The position numbers and the translations under genes are program-made. Below, piece after piece: positions 9,343 through 20,000 of a stretch of 45,382 nucleotides of DNA. Source of the DNA: Pseudoflavonifractor sp. (GTDB taxonomy: Bacteria > Bacillota > Clostridia > Oscillospirales > Oscillospiraceae); the NCBI GenBank assembly GCA_047637855.1, contig JBLJBF010000190.1, forward strand, positions 1-45,382. Direction: 5' to 3'. Position 1 is the first letter of the stretch; every line of letters starts with the position of its first letter. Below the pieces are notes generated by a model. It was not told where the DNA came from. It worked only from the letters and a program-made list of their open reading frames with translations, and did no database searches.

Positions 9343-10511
9343 CTCCAATACTCGCAGTCGCCGCAGAGCATCCGGTACAGGGCCTCCATGTAGAAGTAGT
9401 CCCCCCAGATCATGCACTCGTCCACGCCCCGGCCATTGGGCTTGGAGTACACCCCGTGGAGCAGGAGCCCGTCGGCATCGGGCAGATCGCGGGTGCTGTA
9501 ATTTCTCGCCAGAGAGTCCATCATCAGCTTGAGGGCATTTTCATAGACAGTCCGCCTGGGGCAGACCAGAGGCAGGTGCTTCAGCAGTTCCAAAATCCCA
9601 CAGCAGACGATGGCGGTGGAGGAGCTGTCCCGCTCCTCGGCCCCCGAGGTGAACACGAGATCCCAATAGTTCACATAGTCCTCAGGGAGGCGGTCCAGGT
9701 AGTAGTCTAGGAGGCTGCAGGCCGTGTCCAGAAAGGTTCGGTCCCCTGTGTGGCGATAGCTCAGGGCAAAGCCGTATACCCCCCAGACTTGGCCCCTGGC
9801 CCAGCAGGAGTCGTCGCTGTAACCCTGGGCCGTCTTACCGAACCGGGGCTCTCCGGTTACGACGTCCATGTAGTAGGTGTGGTAGGTGGAGCTGTCGGGG
9901 CGGACGAGGTACTTCTGGGCCTGGTGCGCGTGGCGGCAGGCCATGTCGTAATAGCGTTTGTTCCCCGTCAGGCGGCTGGTCTGGTAGAGGAGGGGCAGGT
10001 TGAGCAGACAGTCGATGATCATGCGGCCCCGGTTGGCCGGGTCTTTGAGGTCGCCCCAGGCCTGAATGATACCCGCCGCCTCGAAATAGCGCGCACCCAT
10101 GTAGTCGGCAGCCTGAAGGAAACAGGCGCGGGAGCGCCCGTTGCCCTCCAAGAGCCAGGAAGGGTAACAGGACAGCGAGTAGAGAAAGCCCAGGTCGTGG
10201 GTGTCCACCGCGCCCGGTCTTTCCACACGGTCATAAAAGCTCTCCAGGTGGCGGTGCAGGGTAGGGAGATACATCTCGTCCCCTGTGTGCTGGTAGAGAA
10301 GCCACAGCATTCCCGAGAAGAAGGAGGTGGTCCACTCGATATTCTCGTACTCGGGCTGGTAGCGCAGGGCCGTGGTGTTGGCCGCGGGGAAACAGTCGAA
10401 GAACCGGGGCAGGAGGGCGTCTACCCGCGCCCGGCAGGACGCCAGCTCACGGCGGATAAAGTCCTCCGTCAGCGTGGGGGCGGTGGAGAAATCATGTCTC
10501 ACGCCGCTCAC
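9339..10511 (-). CDS. ugl: GH88 unsaturated glucuronyl hydrolase
   Basis: 'WTTSFFSGMLW', 'HDLGFLY', 'IIDCLLNL', 'SCWARGQ', 'RDSSSTAI', 'WGDYFYMEAL'. Confidence 0.92.
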   Translation of the reverse strand: MSGVRHDFSTAPTLTEDFIRRELASCRARVDALLPRFFDCFPAANTTALRYQPEYENIEWTTSFFSGMLWLLYQHTGDEMYLPTLHRHLESFYDRVERPGAVDTHDLGFLYSLSCYPSWLLEGNGRSRACFLQAADYMGARYFEAAGIIQAWGDLKDPANRGRMIIDCLLNLPLLYQTSRLTGNKRYYDMACRHAHQAQKYLVRPDSSTYHTYYMDVVTGEPRFGKTAQGYSDDSCWARGQVWGVYGFALSYRHTGDRTFLDTACSLLDYYLDRLPEDYVNYWDLVFTSGAEERDSSSTAIVCCGILELLKHLPLVCPRRTVYENALKLMMDSLARNYSTRDLPDADGLLLHGVYSKPNGRGVDECMIWGDYFYMEALYRMLCGDCEYWS

Positions 10512-11338
10512 CCCTTCAGGCCGCTGGTGGCCACGCCCTGAACAAAGGATTTCTGGAAGATAAGGAAAACAATGAGCACCGGTATGAGAGAGACCACCGA
10601 GGCCGCCATGATAAGGCCATATTCGGTGGAGTATTGGCCCATGAACATACGGATACCCAGCTGGATGGTCTTGTTGCTCTGGCTGTTGAGGTAGATCATG
10701 GGACCCATAAAGTCATTCCAGTTGGTCACGAAGGTGAAGATGACCAGCGTGGCAATGGACGGCCCCATCTGGGGCAGAGCAATGCGGGCGTAGATGCCGT
10801 ATTCGCTCAGGCCGTCGATCCGGGCGGCCTCCAGCAGTTCATTGGGGATGGTCATGCAGAACTGTCGCAGGAGGAAGACGCCGAAGGCGTCGAAAGCGTG
10901 GAGTAGAATGAGGGCGGCGTGGGAGTCCACCAACTTAGCAGCGTTCATCATGCTATATTGGGGCAGCATATAGACCTGCCACGGCACGGCGATGGTGGCC
11001 ACGTAGATTAGAAAAAGCAGGTTGCGGCCCTTAAACTGGCACTTGGCGAAACCGTAGGCCGCGAAGGAGCAGGTAAAGACCTGGATAACGGTGGTGATGG
11101 CAGTGATTTTAAAGGTATTGAAAGTAAAGCGGAGCATGGGGACCTGCTCCCAGATGCGCTGATAGTTGCTCCAGGCGGGGTTAGAGGGAATCCACTCAAA
11201 GGGGATTTTAAATACATCCTTGTCCAGCTTGAGGGATGCGCTGAGCATCCAGAGCAGGGGAATCAGCGTGATGATGCAGATAACGGTGAGACCGGCGTAG
11301 AGGGCGGCCTTTTTTAGGGGGGACTGTCTGGTTACCAT
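10508..11338 (-). CDS. Carbohydrate ABC transporter permease (MalG-like)
   Basis: EAA motif 'ELLEAARIDG'; transmembrane helices; ends 'SGLKG'. Confidence 0.93.
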   Translation of the reverse strand: MVTRQSPLKKAALYAGLTVICIITLIPLLWMLSASLKLDKDVFKIPFEWIPSNPAWSNYQRIWEQVPMLRFTFNTFKITAITTVIQVFTCSFAAYGFAKCQFKGRNLLFLIYVATIAVPWQVYMLPQYSMMNAAKLVDSHAALILLHAFDAFGVFLLRQFCMTIPNELLEAARIDGLSEYGIYARIALPQMGPSIATLVIFTFVTNWNDFMGPMIYLNSQSNKTIQLGIRMFMGQYSTEYGLIMAASVVSLIPVLIVFLIFQKSFVQGVATSGLKG

Positions 11339-11355
11339 GGTTGATTCCTCCTCTC

Positions 11356-12282
11356 TCAGTTGTCGACGAATTTCTTCTCCAGCCTGAACTGGACAAGGGT
11401 GATCAAAGCTACCACGGCAAAGAGAACCATGGCCGCGGCGCTGGCCCGGCCGTAGTCCCAGGAGATAAAGGACTGGTTGTAAATGTACTGGGAGAGCAAA
11501 GTGGTGGCAGTGCCAGGACCGCCCTCGGTGAGGACGTAGATAAGGTCAAAAGATTTAAAGCTGTTGATGGTAAGCATCATAACTACGAAAAAGGTGGCCG
11601 GGGCCAGCAGGGGGAACTTGATCTTCCAGAACCGCTGCCAGGCGTTGGCCCCGTCGATCATGCCGGCCTCTACCAAAGAGGTGGGCACGTCCTGAAGAGC
11701 GGCCAGATAAACGATCATGTAGTACCCCATGAACTTCCATACGCTGACGATGATGACGGCGGGGAGTGCCCATTTTGTAGAGGCGAACCAGCCGGGCAGG
11801 TCGGTGACGCCGAAGAACTTAAGCATCTCGTTGACCAGGCCCATGTCCTTTTGAAAGAGCATCTGAAACACAGCAGCCACCGCCACCACAGAGGCCACGT
11901 AGGGGAAGAAGATGGCGGTTCGGAAAATGCCGATGCCCCTAAGTTTCTGATTGATGAGCACGGCCAGCCCCAAAGAGAGGAACAGGGTGACGAAGACGGT
12001 AAAGAAGGTATAAATGATAGTCTTTACCACGGCCGCGCGGAAGATCTTGTCGCCAAAGATGTACTTAAAGTTGTCCAATCCGATGAATTGCATGGGGTTA
12101 AATCCGTCCCACTTATTAAAGCAGAGCCAGAAGGTGAAGAGAACGGGGATGAAGATGAGGACAAAGAAACCGATAAAGTTAGGCGTGATGAAGGAGAGGC
12201 CCACTAAGGTCTTACGGGTCTCTAGGCGGAGGGTCTTTTTTTCCTTTTCGCGCTGAGGGGCAGAGCGCTCTTTGATTGGCAT
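11356..12282 (-). CDS. Carbohydrate ABC transporter permease (MalF-like)
   Basis: 'LVEAGMIDGANAWQRF', 'TEGGPG'. Confidence 0.93.
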   Translation of the reverse strand: MPIKERSAPQREKEKKTLRLETRKTLVGLSFITPNFIGFFVLIFIPVLFTFWLCFNKWDGFNPMQFIGLDNFKYIFGDKIFRAAVVKTIIYTFFTVFVTLFLSLGLAVLINQKLRGIGIFRTAIFFPYVASVVAVAAVFQMLFQKDMGLVNEMLKFFGVTDLPGWFASTKWALPAVIIVSVWKFMGYYMIVYLAALQDVPTSLVEAGMIDGANAWQRFWKIKFPLLAPATFFVVMMLTINSFKSFDLIYVLTEGGPGTATTLLSQYIYNQSFISWDYGRASAAAMVLFAVVALITLVQFRLEKKFVDN

Positions 12283-12320
12283 AGGGATACCTCCCTCTCC
12301 TCTCTATACTGAAAATACTG

Positions 12321-12356
12321 GAGGGGGGAGGGGACATGGTTGCCCCCTCCCCCCTC
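12321..12356 (-). other. GC-rich stem-loop after the binding-protein gene (mRNA stabiliser or partial terminator)
   Basis: GAGGGGGGAGGGG...CCCCTCCCCCCTC, 13-bp stem. Confidence 0.6.
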
Positions 12357-12368
12357 GGATGCGAACGC

Positions 12369-13703
12369 TTACTTGCCCTGGATGGTCTTGGACTGCTCGG
12401 CCATAGCGGCCAGGCCTTCGTCGATGGAGACCTCGCCCAGCATGATGAGACCATGCTCATCGCCCAGGGCCTTGTTGACCTCGGAGACTTTATCGGCGAT
12501 GGGGCGGTCGAGGACAATGTTCTTTACCTGAAGGGCTTCGAGCGCGCCCTCGGGCATTCCGGGAACGGAGGTGACGACCTTGAGCATGGCGTCGTCCAGA
12601 CGGGCGGGAATGCCACCCAGGTTGGCGACGACGGCGGCGCCCTCAGCGCCGGTTGCAAATTTCACAAACTCCCAGGCCAGATCCTGGTTCTTGCTGGCGG
12701 CGTTCACCGCGATGGGGGTGGTGGAGCCGACCACGTTGCCGGCGGCCAGGCCTTCGGCGTGGGGCAAAGTAGCCATGCCCCAGTTGACCTTGCTCTCACC
12801 CTTGTTGACCTTGCCGATCATGGTGGCGGCAAACCAGGTGCCCATGGGCATCATGGCCGCGGAGCCGTCGGCGAAGACGTTGCTGTAGTGCAGGTTGGCG
12901 GTCTTCAGGGTGCCAAAGTCCATAACGGACTTGTCTACGTTCTGCATACGGAGCGCCATCTCATAGTACGGCTTGAAGAAACTGTAGTCGGTGGCCATAA
13001 TGGTGTTCTTGCCATCCTGGACGGCCCAGTTCTCGATGCAGGCCTGCCAGGTGTGGAAGTGAGCGCCATATTTCTTTTCGGCACCTTCCCCGCTGGTGAG
13101 TTTCTTTGCCAGACTTTCAAACTCGGTCCAGGTCATGTCGTTGGAGGGATAATTTACCTTGGCGGCGTCGAAGATGTCCTTGTTGTAGAAGAGGGTGTAG
13201 TAGTCGGTGCGGAAGGGAAGGGCGATCTGCTTGCCGTCGATGGAAAAGTTCTCCGCCAGACCGTTGTACGCGGCCAATTTCACGCCGTCGCGAGCGATGT
13301 AAGAGCTCAGGTCGGCCATCTGGCCGCGCTGGGCGATGGGGTAGATGGTGTCGGCATCCTTGATCCAGAACACGTCCACCTCGCTACCGCCATTAAGCAT
13401 GACGGAGAGCTTCGTGCCATAGTCGGCCGAGGGGATGTCGATGGGGTCGATCTTCACACCGGGGTTGGCGGCCACGAAGGCGTCGATGGTGGCGCCGAAG
13501 GCGGGTTGAGATGCCATGTCCCAGAGGGAAACCTTCAGGGTGCCGGTGAGGGCGGCGGGAGTGCTCTCAGAGGGAGCGACCGAGGGGGCGGCGGAAGGGG
13601 AGCCGCTCGCGGAGGGGGAGGGGCTGGTGGCTACCGGAGCGCACCCAGCCAGCAGGCCTAGTGTGAGCACACCGGCAAGGGCAAGAGACAGGACTTTCTT
13701 CAT
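12369..13703 (-). CDS. Sugar ABC transporter substrate-binding lipoprotein (family 1)
   Basis: Lipobox LAGC; S/P-rich linker; 'LFYNKDIFDAA', 'FADGSAAM'; AAGGAG RBS before the ATG at 13703. Confidence 0.92.
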   Translation of the reverse strand: MKKVLSLALAGVLTLGLLAGCAPVATSPSPSASGSPSAAPSVAPSESTPAALTGTLKVSLWDMASQPAFGATIDAFVAANPGVKIDPIDIPSADYGTKLSVMLNGGSEVDVFWIKDADTIYPIAQRGQMADLSSYIARDGVKLAAYNGLAENFSIDGKQIALPFRTDYYTLFYNKDIFDAAKVNYPSNDMTWTEFESLAKKLTSGEGAEKKYGAHFHTWQACIENWAVQDGKNTIMATDYSFFKPYYEMALRMQNVDKSVMDFGTLKTANLHYSNVFADGSAAMMPMGTWFAATMIGKVNKGESKVNWGMATLPHAEGLAAGNVVGSTTPIAVNAASKNQDLAWEFVKFATGAEGAAVVANLGGIPARLDDAMLKVVTSVPGMPEGALEALQVKNIVLDRPIADKVSEVNKALGDEHGLIMLGEVSIDEGLAAMAEQSKTIQGK

Positions 13704-13769
13704 AAATTCCACTCCTTATTTTTGATGGCGGGTAACATACGGCGCAGGGGGGAAGTTTGCTGTGTCACC

Positions 13770-13811
13770 ATTCTAGCCGCTTTTTCCCATCATGTAAAAT
13801 GTCTTTTCTAC
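13770..13811 (-). promoter_or_regulatory. Sigma-A promoter of the ABC/catabolic operon with an adjacent TTCTAC box
   Basis: TTTACA (13793-13798)-17 bp-TAGAAT (13770-13775). Confidence 0.6.
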
Positions 13812-13870
13812 AAAGGGCTATTACTATTGTTTGAGCTTGGAAACAGCCCAACCTGGAAAATTCTCGAATC

Positions 13871-13886
13871 TTATACGATTCTACAC
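13871..13886. promoter_or_regulatory. Candidate response-regulator binding site, copy 1
   Basis: TTATACGATTCTACAC; similar copies at 23753 and 24864. Confidence 0.55.
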
Positions 13887-13944
13887 CCAAGATTGCGCGG
13901 GCAGAAAAAATAGAGTATACTGACATAAAAAAGGAGAAAAAGCA

Positions 13945-15717
13945 GTGAAGAAACCGCATTATGTTGGTATCCGTGTAAAAATCATTTTTTACACCATTCT
14001 CTGCGTTATCGCAGTGGGATTTTTCAGCAATCTCTTTCTATACCAATACATGCAGGGCATCATCACGGAGAAGGTGGAACATATTGACGGGCTTTACGCC
14101 GCTACAGTGGCCGCCAGACTGGACTACAACCTGGAGCGGGCTCTCGCGCTTGAGTATTACTGCGTGAACTCTGCGCCGGTGGCCGCCGCCCTGCGCTATC
14201 GCGGACTTAACAGCACGGGCGCCTTCAATGCCGCCCTTACTGCCCAGGACACCATGAGCTCCTACCTGCGAACCTCCCAGATAGACGGCTATGTCAACAA
14301 GCTGATGATCTTCAACAATGACGGTGTGTGGATTAACGCCATCGCGGCCCGGTTCAGTTCCCCTCGGGACTACGAGAATATTTTCAAGTCCGAGCAGTAC
14401 TGCCGCTGGGCGGAGGGAGACTGGGAGGTCTTCGGCGGGGTGTTCCCCTCTCTGGAAGCTGACGGGGAGGATTGCTTTGCCCTGCTGAGCAAGGTCTATT
14501 CGATGGGAACCTACGCCCCCGTGGGCTATGTCTATATCGAGCTGGATACCGCTCTGGTCAGCGACATTCTTGCCCCCTATAATGCCCTCAACCTTTTTTT
14601 CCTCGAGACGGAGGAGGGGGACCGGCTTACCGCGCCTGCCACCGCCGCCCTGCGGGACGTCCTGCCCGAAGCAGCCGAGCAGGACGCGACCTTCCGCTAC
14701 AGCGGCAGCCTCTACTCCATTAAGCGCCATTCCCTGAACGCGGGGGCCATTACTTTGGTCAGCTGCGTCAACCAGACTCAGCTCCAGACCAGTAACCACG
14801 ACATCCTTTTCTCCGCGGTCACGGTGATCCTGATGATCACACTGATCACTGCCTTTATTTTGGTGATCTTGACCCACTATATCACCGTCCCCATCGGCCG
14901 TATCGTGGAGAAGATAAACCGCATCTCCCTCAACGATTACTCCTACGACCCCGAGCTTGAGAAGATGGACGGCGAGATGGGAGAGGTGGGCGCCCGGCTC
15001 AACGAGCTGAGTATAGGCACCAAGCGGCTGCTGGAGGAGACAATTGCCCTCCACGACGAGCGAAGCGAGATCGAAATGGCCCTTCTTCAGAGCCAGGTTA
15101 ATCCCCACTTCCTCTATAACACACTCAACTCCATCCATTGGATGGCTGTTGTGCAGAAGAATCCCGGCATCGAGAAGATGGTCCGCAGCCTGGTGAATCT
15201 CCTCAAGAACGTGAGTAAGGGAGTCTCAGATAAGATAACTTTGGCCGAGGAACTGTCCCTGCTGAACGACTATATCAATATCCAATCCATGCGCTATATG
15301 GGGGCCTTTGACTATGTGTGCCGCGTGAGTGAGGACTTGAAGGCGTACAGGATCGTCAAGTTTACCCTCCAACCGCTGGTGGAGAACGCCATATTTCATG
15401 GCGTGGTGCCGAAGGGGACCTTCGGCACCATAACCATTGACGCACGGGAAGATGGGGAGTATCTCATCATCACGGTCGCCGACGACGGTGTGGGAATGAC
15501 GGAAGAGGAGGCCCGCGGACTGCTGAGAAAAGAGGAGCGGCCCGGCAGGACCTCTATGAACGGCATTGGCGTCGCCAACGTGCACCGGCGGCTCAAGCTG
15601 GTCTACGGCCAGAAATGTGGGCTCTCGGTGCTGAGCGAGAAGGGCGTACGCACCGAGATCTCAGTGCGCATCTTAAAGGAAGGAGGTGAGGAAGATATAC
15701 CGTATTCTATTGGCTGA
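13945..15717 (+). CDS. YesM-like sensor histidine kinase
   Basis: Two TM segments, HAMP, 'LQSQVNPHFLYNTLNSI', 'LQPLVENAIFHG', 'DDGVGM', 'GIGVANVHRRL'. Confidence 0.93.
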   Translation: MKKPHYVGIRVKIIFYTILCVIAVGFFSNLFLYQYMQGIITEKVEHIDGLYAATVAARLDYNLERALALEYYCVNSAPVAAALRYRGLNSTGAFNAALTAQDTMSSYLRTSQIDGYVNKLMIFNNDGVWINAIAARFSSPRDYENIFKSEQYCRWAEGDWEVFGGVFPSLEADGEDCFALLSKVYSMGTYAPVGYVYIELDTALVSDILAPYNALNLFFLETEEGDRLTAPATAALRDVLPEAAEQDATFRYSGSLYSIKRHSLNAGAITLVSCVNQTQLQTSNHDILFSAVTVILMITLITAFILVILTHYITVPIGRIVEKINRISLNDYSYDPELEKMDGEMGEVGARLNELSIGTKRLLEETIALHDERSEIEMALLQSQVNPHFLYNTLNSIHWMAVVQKNPGIEKMVRSLVNLLKNVSKGVSDKITLAEELSLLNDYINIQSMRYMGAFDYVCRVSEDLKAYRIVKFTLQPLVENAIFHGVVPKGTFGTITIDAREDGEYLIITVADDGVGMTEEEARGLLRKEERPGRTSMNGIGVANVHRRLKLVYGQKCGLSVLSEKGVRTEISVRILKEGGEEDIPYSIG

Positions 15718-16948
15718 CGACGAGCCGATCATCCTCTCGGGGCTCCAGTCCATGCTGAACTGGGAGGAGCATGACTGCACCATCGCCGGCACCGCCCGCA
15801 ACGGAGAGCAGGCCTGGGAGTTTATCGGGCAGTACCGGCCCGACATCGTTATCTGTGACATTAACATGCCGATACTTACGGGCCTGGAGCTGATTTGCCG
15901 CTGCACCGAGCTCTTCCCCGAGATTATCTTTCTCATGCTCACCAACCACGAGAACTTTGACATGGCACGGGAGGCCCTGCGCTGCCACGCGGCAGACTAT
16001 CTGCTGAAAATCGACCTGGACGAGGAAAAGCTGGCAGCCTCCGTCGCCAGAGCCATTGATGAGTGCATGAAACGGGGCAGGCTGTCCCGGGGGAGGGAGG
16101 CGGACGGCTATGAAGAGGTCTCGCCCGCCGATCTTATCGGGAAATACGTGAAAAACCTCCTCACCCCCGGCGACGGGGACGTGGAGCTGGCTCTAGCGGG
16201 CCTGGAGAAGCGGGGAGCGGCCTCCCGCTGCGCAGTGGCCGAGTTGATCTTGGACCCATCCCACATCCCTAATATTGCCGTCTTTAACGCCAAGGAGAGG
16301 GAACGGCTCTTCAGTTTTCACTACAAGCTGGCGGAGGACGTGGCGCGGAAACTGTTCTGCAACGTGGGCTACGTCCTAGTCTCCGGGGGGTCAGGGGCGC
16401 TGCTCTACCTCTGGAATCTTGACAGCCTTGAGTTGCTCAGCCGGTTCCAAGCCAAGCTTAGCTCTACCCTGGGTGAGCTCTCCCAGATGCAGATCAGCCT
16501 TCTGGTGACCGAGCTGGTGTCCGGCAAGCGGTTGACCGAACTTCAGGGTCAGCTTGCCGCACTACGCAGCGAGTTCACCATCAGCCCCAGAAGTATGATC
16601 CAGTATTCCCAGTTCATCGTTCGCACCGACTATGTGGAGGCGGCCAAGCGCTACGTGGAGAGCCATATTCTGGAGCGAGTCACGGTTCAGGATGTGGCAA
16701 CGGCCATCGGAATTACACCAAACTATCTCTCCAGTCTCTTCAAGCGGCAGCTGCGGCAGAACTTTATCGACTATGTCAACGCCACCAAGGTCAAACACGC
16801 CTGTATGCTGCTGCGCGGCGGCCAGCACCTGGTCTATGAGATCTCTCATATGCTGGGGTACGACAACGCCTATTATTTTACTAAGGTCTTCAAGCGCTAC
16901 ATGGGAGTCACCCCGACGGAGTATCAGAACCTGGCAGCCCAGGAGTGA
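15686..16948 (+). CDS. YesN-like response regulator (REC plus AraC HTH)
   Basis: 'LLADDE', 'DINMP', 'NYLSSLFK', 'LGYDNAYYFTKVFKRYMGVTPTEY'. Confidence 0.93.
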   Translation: MRKIYRILLADDEPIILSGLQSMLNWEEHDCTIAGTARNGEQAWEFIGQYRPDIVICDINMPILTGLELICRCTELFPEIIFLMLTNHENFDMAREALRCHAADYLLKIDLDEEKLAASVARAIDECMKRGRLSRGREADGYEEVSPADLIGKYVKNLLTPGDGDVELALAGLEKRGAASRCAVAELILDPSHIPNIAVFNAKERERLFSFHYKLAEDVARKLFCNVGYVLVSGGSGALLYLWNLDSLELLSRFQAKLSSTLGELSQMQISLLVTELVSGKRLTELQGQLAALRSEFTISPRSMIQYSQFIVRTDYVEAAKRYVESHILERVTVQDVATAIGITPNYLSSLFKRQLRQNFIDYVNATKVKHACMLLRGGQHLVYEISHMLGYDNAYYFTKVFKRYMGVTPTEYQNLAAQE

Positions 16949-16996
16949 CGCAGCGATGGAGACAGCCCATGGGGAAGAACGGTACTTTCCCTGCAG

Positions 16997-17040
16997 ACAG
17001 AAGAGCGCAGCGTCAAGTGACGCCGCGCTCTTCTGTTCTT
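16997..17040. terminator. Terminator hairpin between convergent genes
   Basis: ACAGAAGAGCGCAGCGTCA-ag-TGACGCCGCGCTCTTCTGT followed by TCTT. Confidence 0.75.
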
Positions 17041-17046
17041 GTTCGG

Positions 17047-20000
17047 TCAGCCCTTGACAAGCAGAATGGACATACGCTCCAGAATGATGGCGGCCTCTAC
17101 ACGGGTAATGGTTCCGCCGGGGGCCAGCATATCGCCTCTTCCCTTGACGAGGCCGAGACCCACGGCCCAGGCCATGGCATCGGAGGCCCAAGCGGCTACA
17201 TTCCCCGCGTCGGAGAAGGCCGTCAGGTCTCCCGTCACGGTCATGTCCGCGCCCGCCTTGTGAGCAAGGCGGTAGAGCAGGGTCACCAGCTCCTGACGGG
17301 TCATGTCGCGCTCGGGGGCGAACTTGGTGGCACTTATGCCGGTGGTGAAACCCATCTCGGTGGTCCAGGCCACGCTGCCCGCATACCAGGCTCCGTCCGC
17401 CACATCGCTAAAGCTGCCGGTGTGCTTGGAGGTATCCGCGCCATACAGGCGGGCCGCTACGGTAGCGAACATTGCCCGACTCATACTGCTCTGGGGAGCG
17501 AAGGCACCGTCGCTGAGGCCCTGGAACAGGCCGGAACCTACCACGTAGTTCACCGCGCTGGCCTGATAGTCGGGCAGATCGGCGGTATCGGCGTAATTCT
17601 GGGTGTGGTCGGTGCCGGAGTCGCCGAATATTGCGACGATGGAGGCCGCAGCGTTCTTGGGCACAGTGTAGCTCACGGCGTTCACGGGGAGACCGTTCAC
17701 GCGGAGGTAAAGGAGAGATTTGCCTGCCTCGGCGGTGAAAGTATAGGTCGTACTGCCATCCTTATTGAGGGTGGACTTCGCCTGGCCCCCCTCGCTGGAG
17801 GAGATGCTGATGTTGGGGTTCTCGGTGGGCTTGGGTGTGGTGGAGCCCCCGGTGGTTTCGCTGGGCCCGGTGGGCTCGGTGGTCTTCACACGCCACTGGG
17901 CGTAGACAGTGAAGTTGGCTGTCACCGTAGTATTCGCGTTGAAGGCAGCACCGGTGCCGAATTTCTCCGTGTTCCAGCCCGTAAAGCTGTATCCATCGCG
18001 AGTGGGGGCGGAGGGCAGCGTGCCCACGGTAGTGTTGGGGGGTGCCACGATCTGGAAGGTGGGGCTTGCCTCGGTGTCGCCGCCGTTCCTGTCGTAGACG
18101 ACGGTGAAGGCGCCGATGGGTTTCCACTGAGCGTAGACTGTAATACTGCCGGTCACCTTGGTACTGACGGTAAAAACGCTGCCGGAGCCGTCGGCCTTGG
18201 TGTTCCAGCCGGCGAAGGCGTAATCGGCGCGGGTGGGGGCTGCGGGCAGGGAACCCAGAATGGTGGCGGGCTCGGAAATGGCCTTGGTGGCGGGGTTTGC
18301 CTCGGTGTCGCCGCCGTTCTTATCAAAGGTGACGATATAGGTATAGTGCAGGGGCTTCCACTGGGCGTAGACGGTGAGGTTGGCCACAACGGAAGTCTCT
18401 GACGTGAAGGCGCTGCCGCTGCCATCCTCCCTTGTGTTCCAGCCGTCAAAGATATACTCCGGGCGGGTGGGGGCGACGGGTAATTCGGCCACGGTCTTTC
18501 CGCTCTCCACGACGAGGGCGGAGGGGGTGGCCTCGGTGTCGCCGCCATTCTTATGGAAGGTTACCTTAAAGGAGCCTTCGGGCACGGAGGGAGAGAATTC
18601 ATGGATGCCGATGTCGGGCGTCCAGTCGGGGTCGGCCTCATCAATTGCGTTGCCAAAGAAGTCGCGGGTGAGGGGGAATCGGTTCTCCGCCTTCACGCCG
18701 GGCCAGTAGGGCACCTTGACACCTGCGTTGATGGCGGGGGAGTCCTGCTTGAGCTTGTAGCCGCCCAGAACGCTGTTGACATTCTCGTCAAACCAGTTGT
18801 TGTCGGAGAGAATCACGCCTACTACGTCGCCTTCCTTGCCCGCGTTGAGCCATGCCTGCGCGAGGACAGGAATGGCGGTGCGGTCGGTGCTGACCAGTCC
18901 CGGGTCGATGACCTGGTTCCTCTCGCTCAGGACACCCTTCGTCAAATCAGGAGCAAAGCTGTCATACAGACTCTGGGGCCAGATGATGTTGTTCGTAAAC
19001 TCGCCGCCGGAGATCTTGTTGGAGGTGCCCCCCGATGCGGTGCCGGGATAGGTAGCGTCGTAAAACTTGGGACGGTTGGTAATACCTTCGGCAGCCAGAA
19101 TAATGTTATTCTGGAAGTGCAGGAACTTGGTCTCTCTGTTGCTGCCGTCGATCAGGGCCTTAACCTTCTCGGAAATTGTGAAGATGTTGTTGTACACAAG
19201 GGGATAGTTGCTCGAACTGCTGCCACCCGCGACCACGAAGAAAAGGGTGTGAGGATTGTAGTCGGTGCCGCCGTCCTCGATGCTCAGGTTATAGCGGAAG
19301 ATGTTGTTGGTGCAGCCGCTGTTCATAAACAGGATGCAGCCGCCGGCGTTGTGGTGGGAGTAGTTATACTGGTAGACGCAGTTGTCGGACTGCATGTCAA
19401 TGTCCCATGCCTCACCGTCGTTTGGGGTAAAGTACTGGGTGTCGTAGCACTCGTTGTACTGAGCCAGAGAATTTTTGCAGCCCATAAACCAGATGGCAGC
19501 AAAATTTTTGCTGGTATCCAGGTTAACGGGCTCCTCCCCGGGCACATAATTGGAGTTATCCTTTTTGCTCACATAGCTTCTACCCAGGGTAGTGCCGACG
19601 TTATACTCCATTACAGATCCGACGCCGCCGGCGATGACCATAGCGTCGCCATGGAGCTTGTCGATAAAATTATTACGGAAAACGGTGTTGGTGGCCAGAT
19701 CGGCGGGGTAGGAGGCGGCGTTTTGAGTGCCCTGGGGATGGAAGAGGGTTGTGCGGATGCCCTCGATGTCCACTTTGGAAATCCGACAGCGCTCCACCTG
19801 GAAGTCGGCCAGGTAACCGTAGCCGATGATGCCGCCCGAGTGCTTGGTACCGCCGACTCCGTTAATGTCCGAGGCACCCTGGAACAGGCCGTTGACGTCG
19901 TGGACATAGCAGTCGGTGATATAGACGTGGTCCTTGCGGCTGCCGTAGAAATTCTTGGTCTGCTGGGTCGTGTCGCCCTCATAGGCCCACTCATTCATAA

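Noticed and set aside
17890-18570. CRISPR-like or diversity-generating repeats
   Set aside because: The repeats are in-frame protein domain repeats about 230 bp apart; no cas or reverse transcriptase gene in the window
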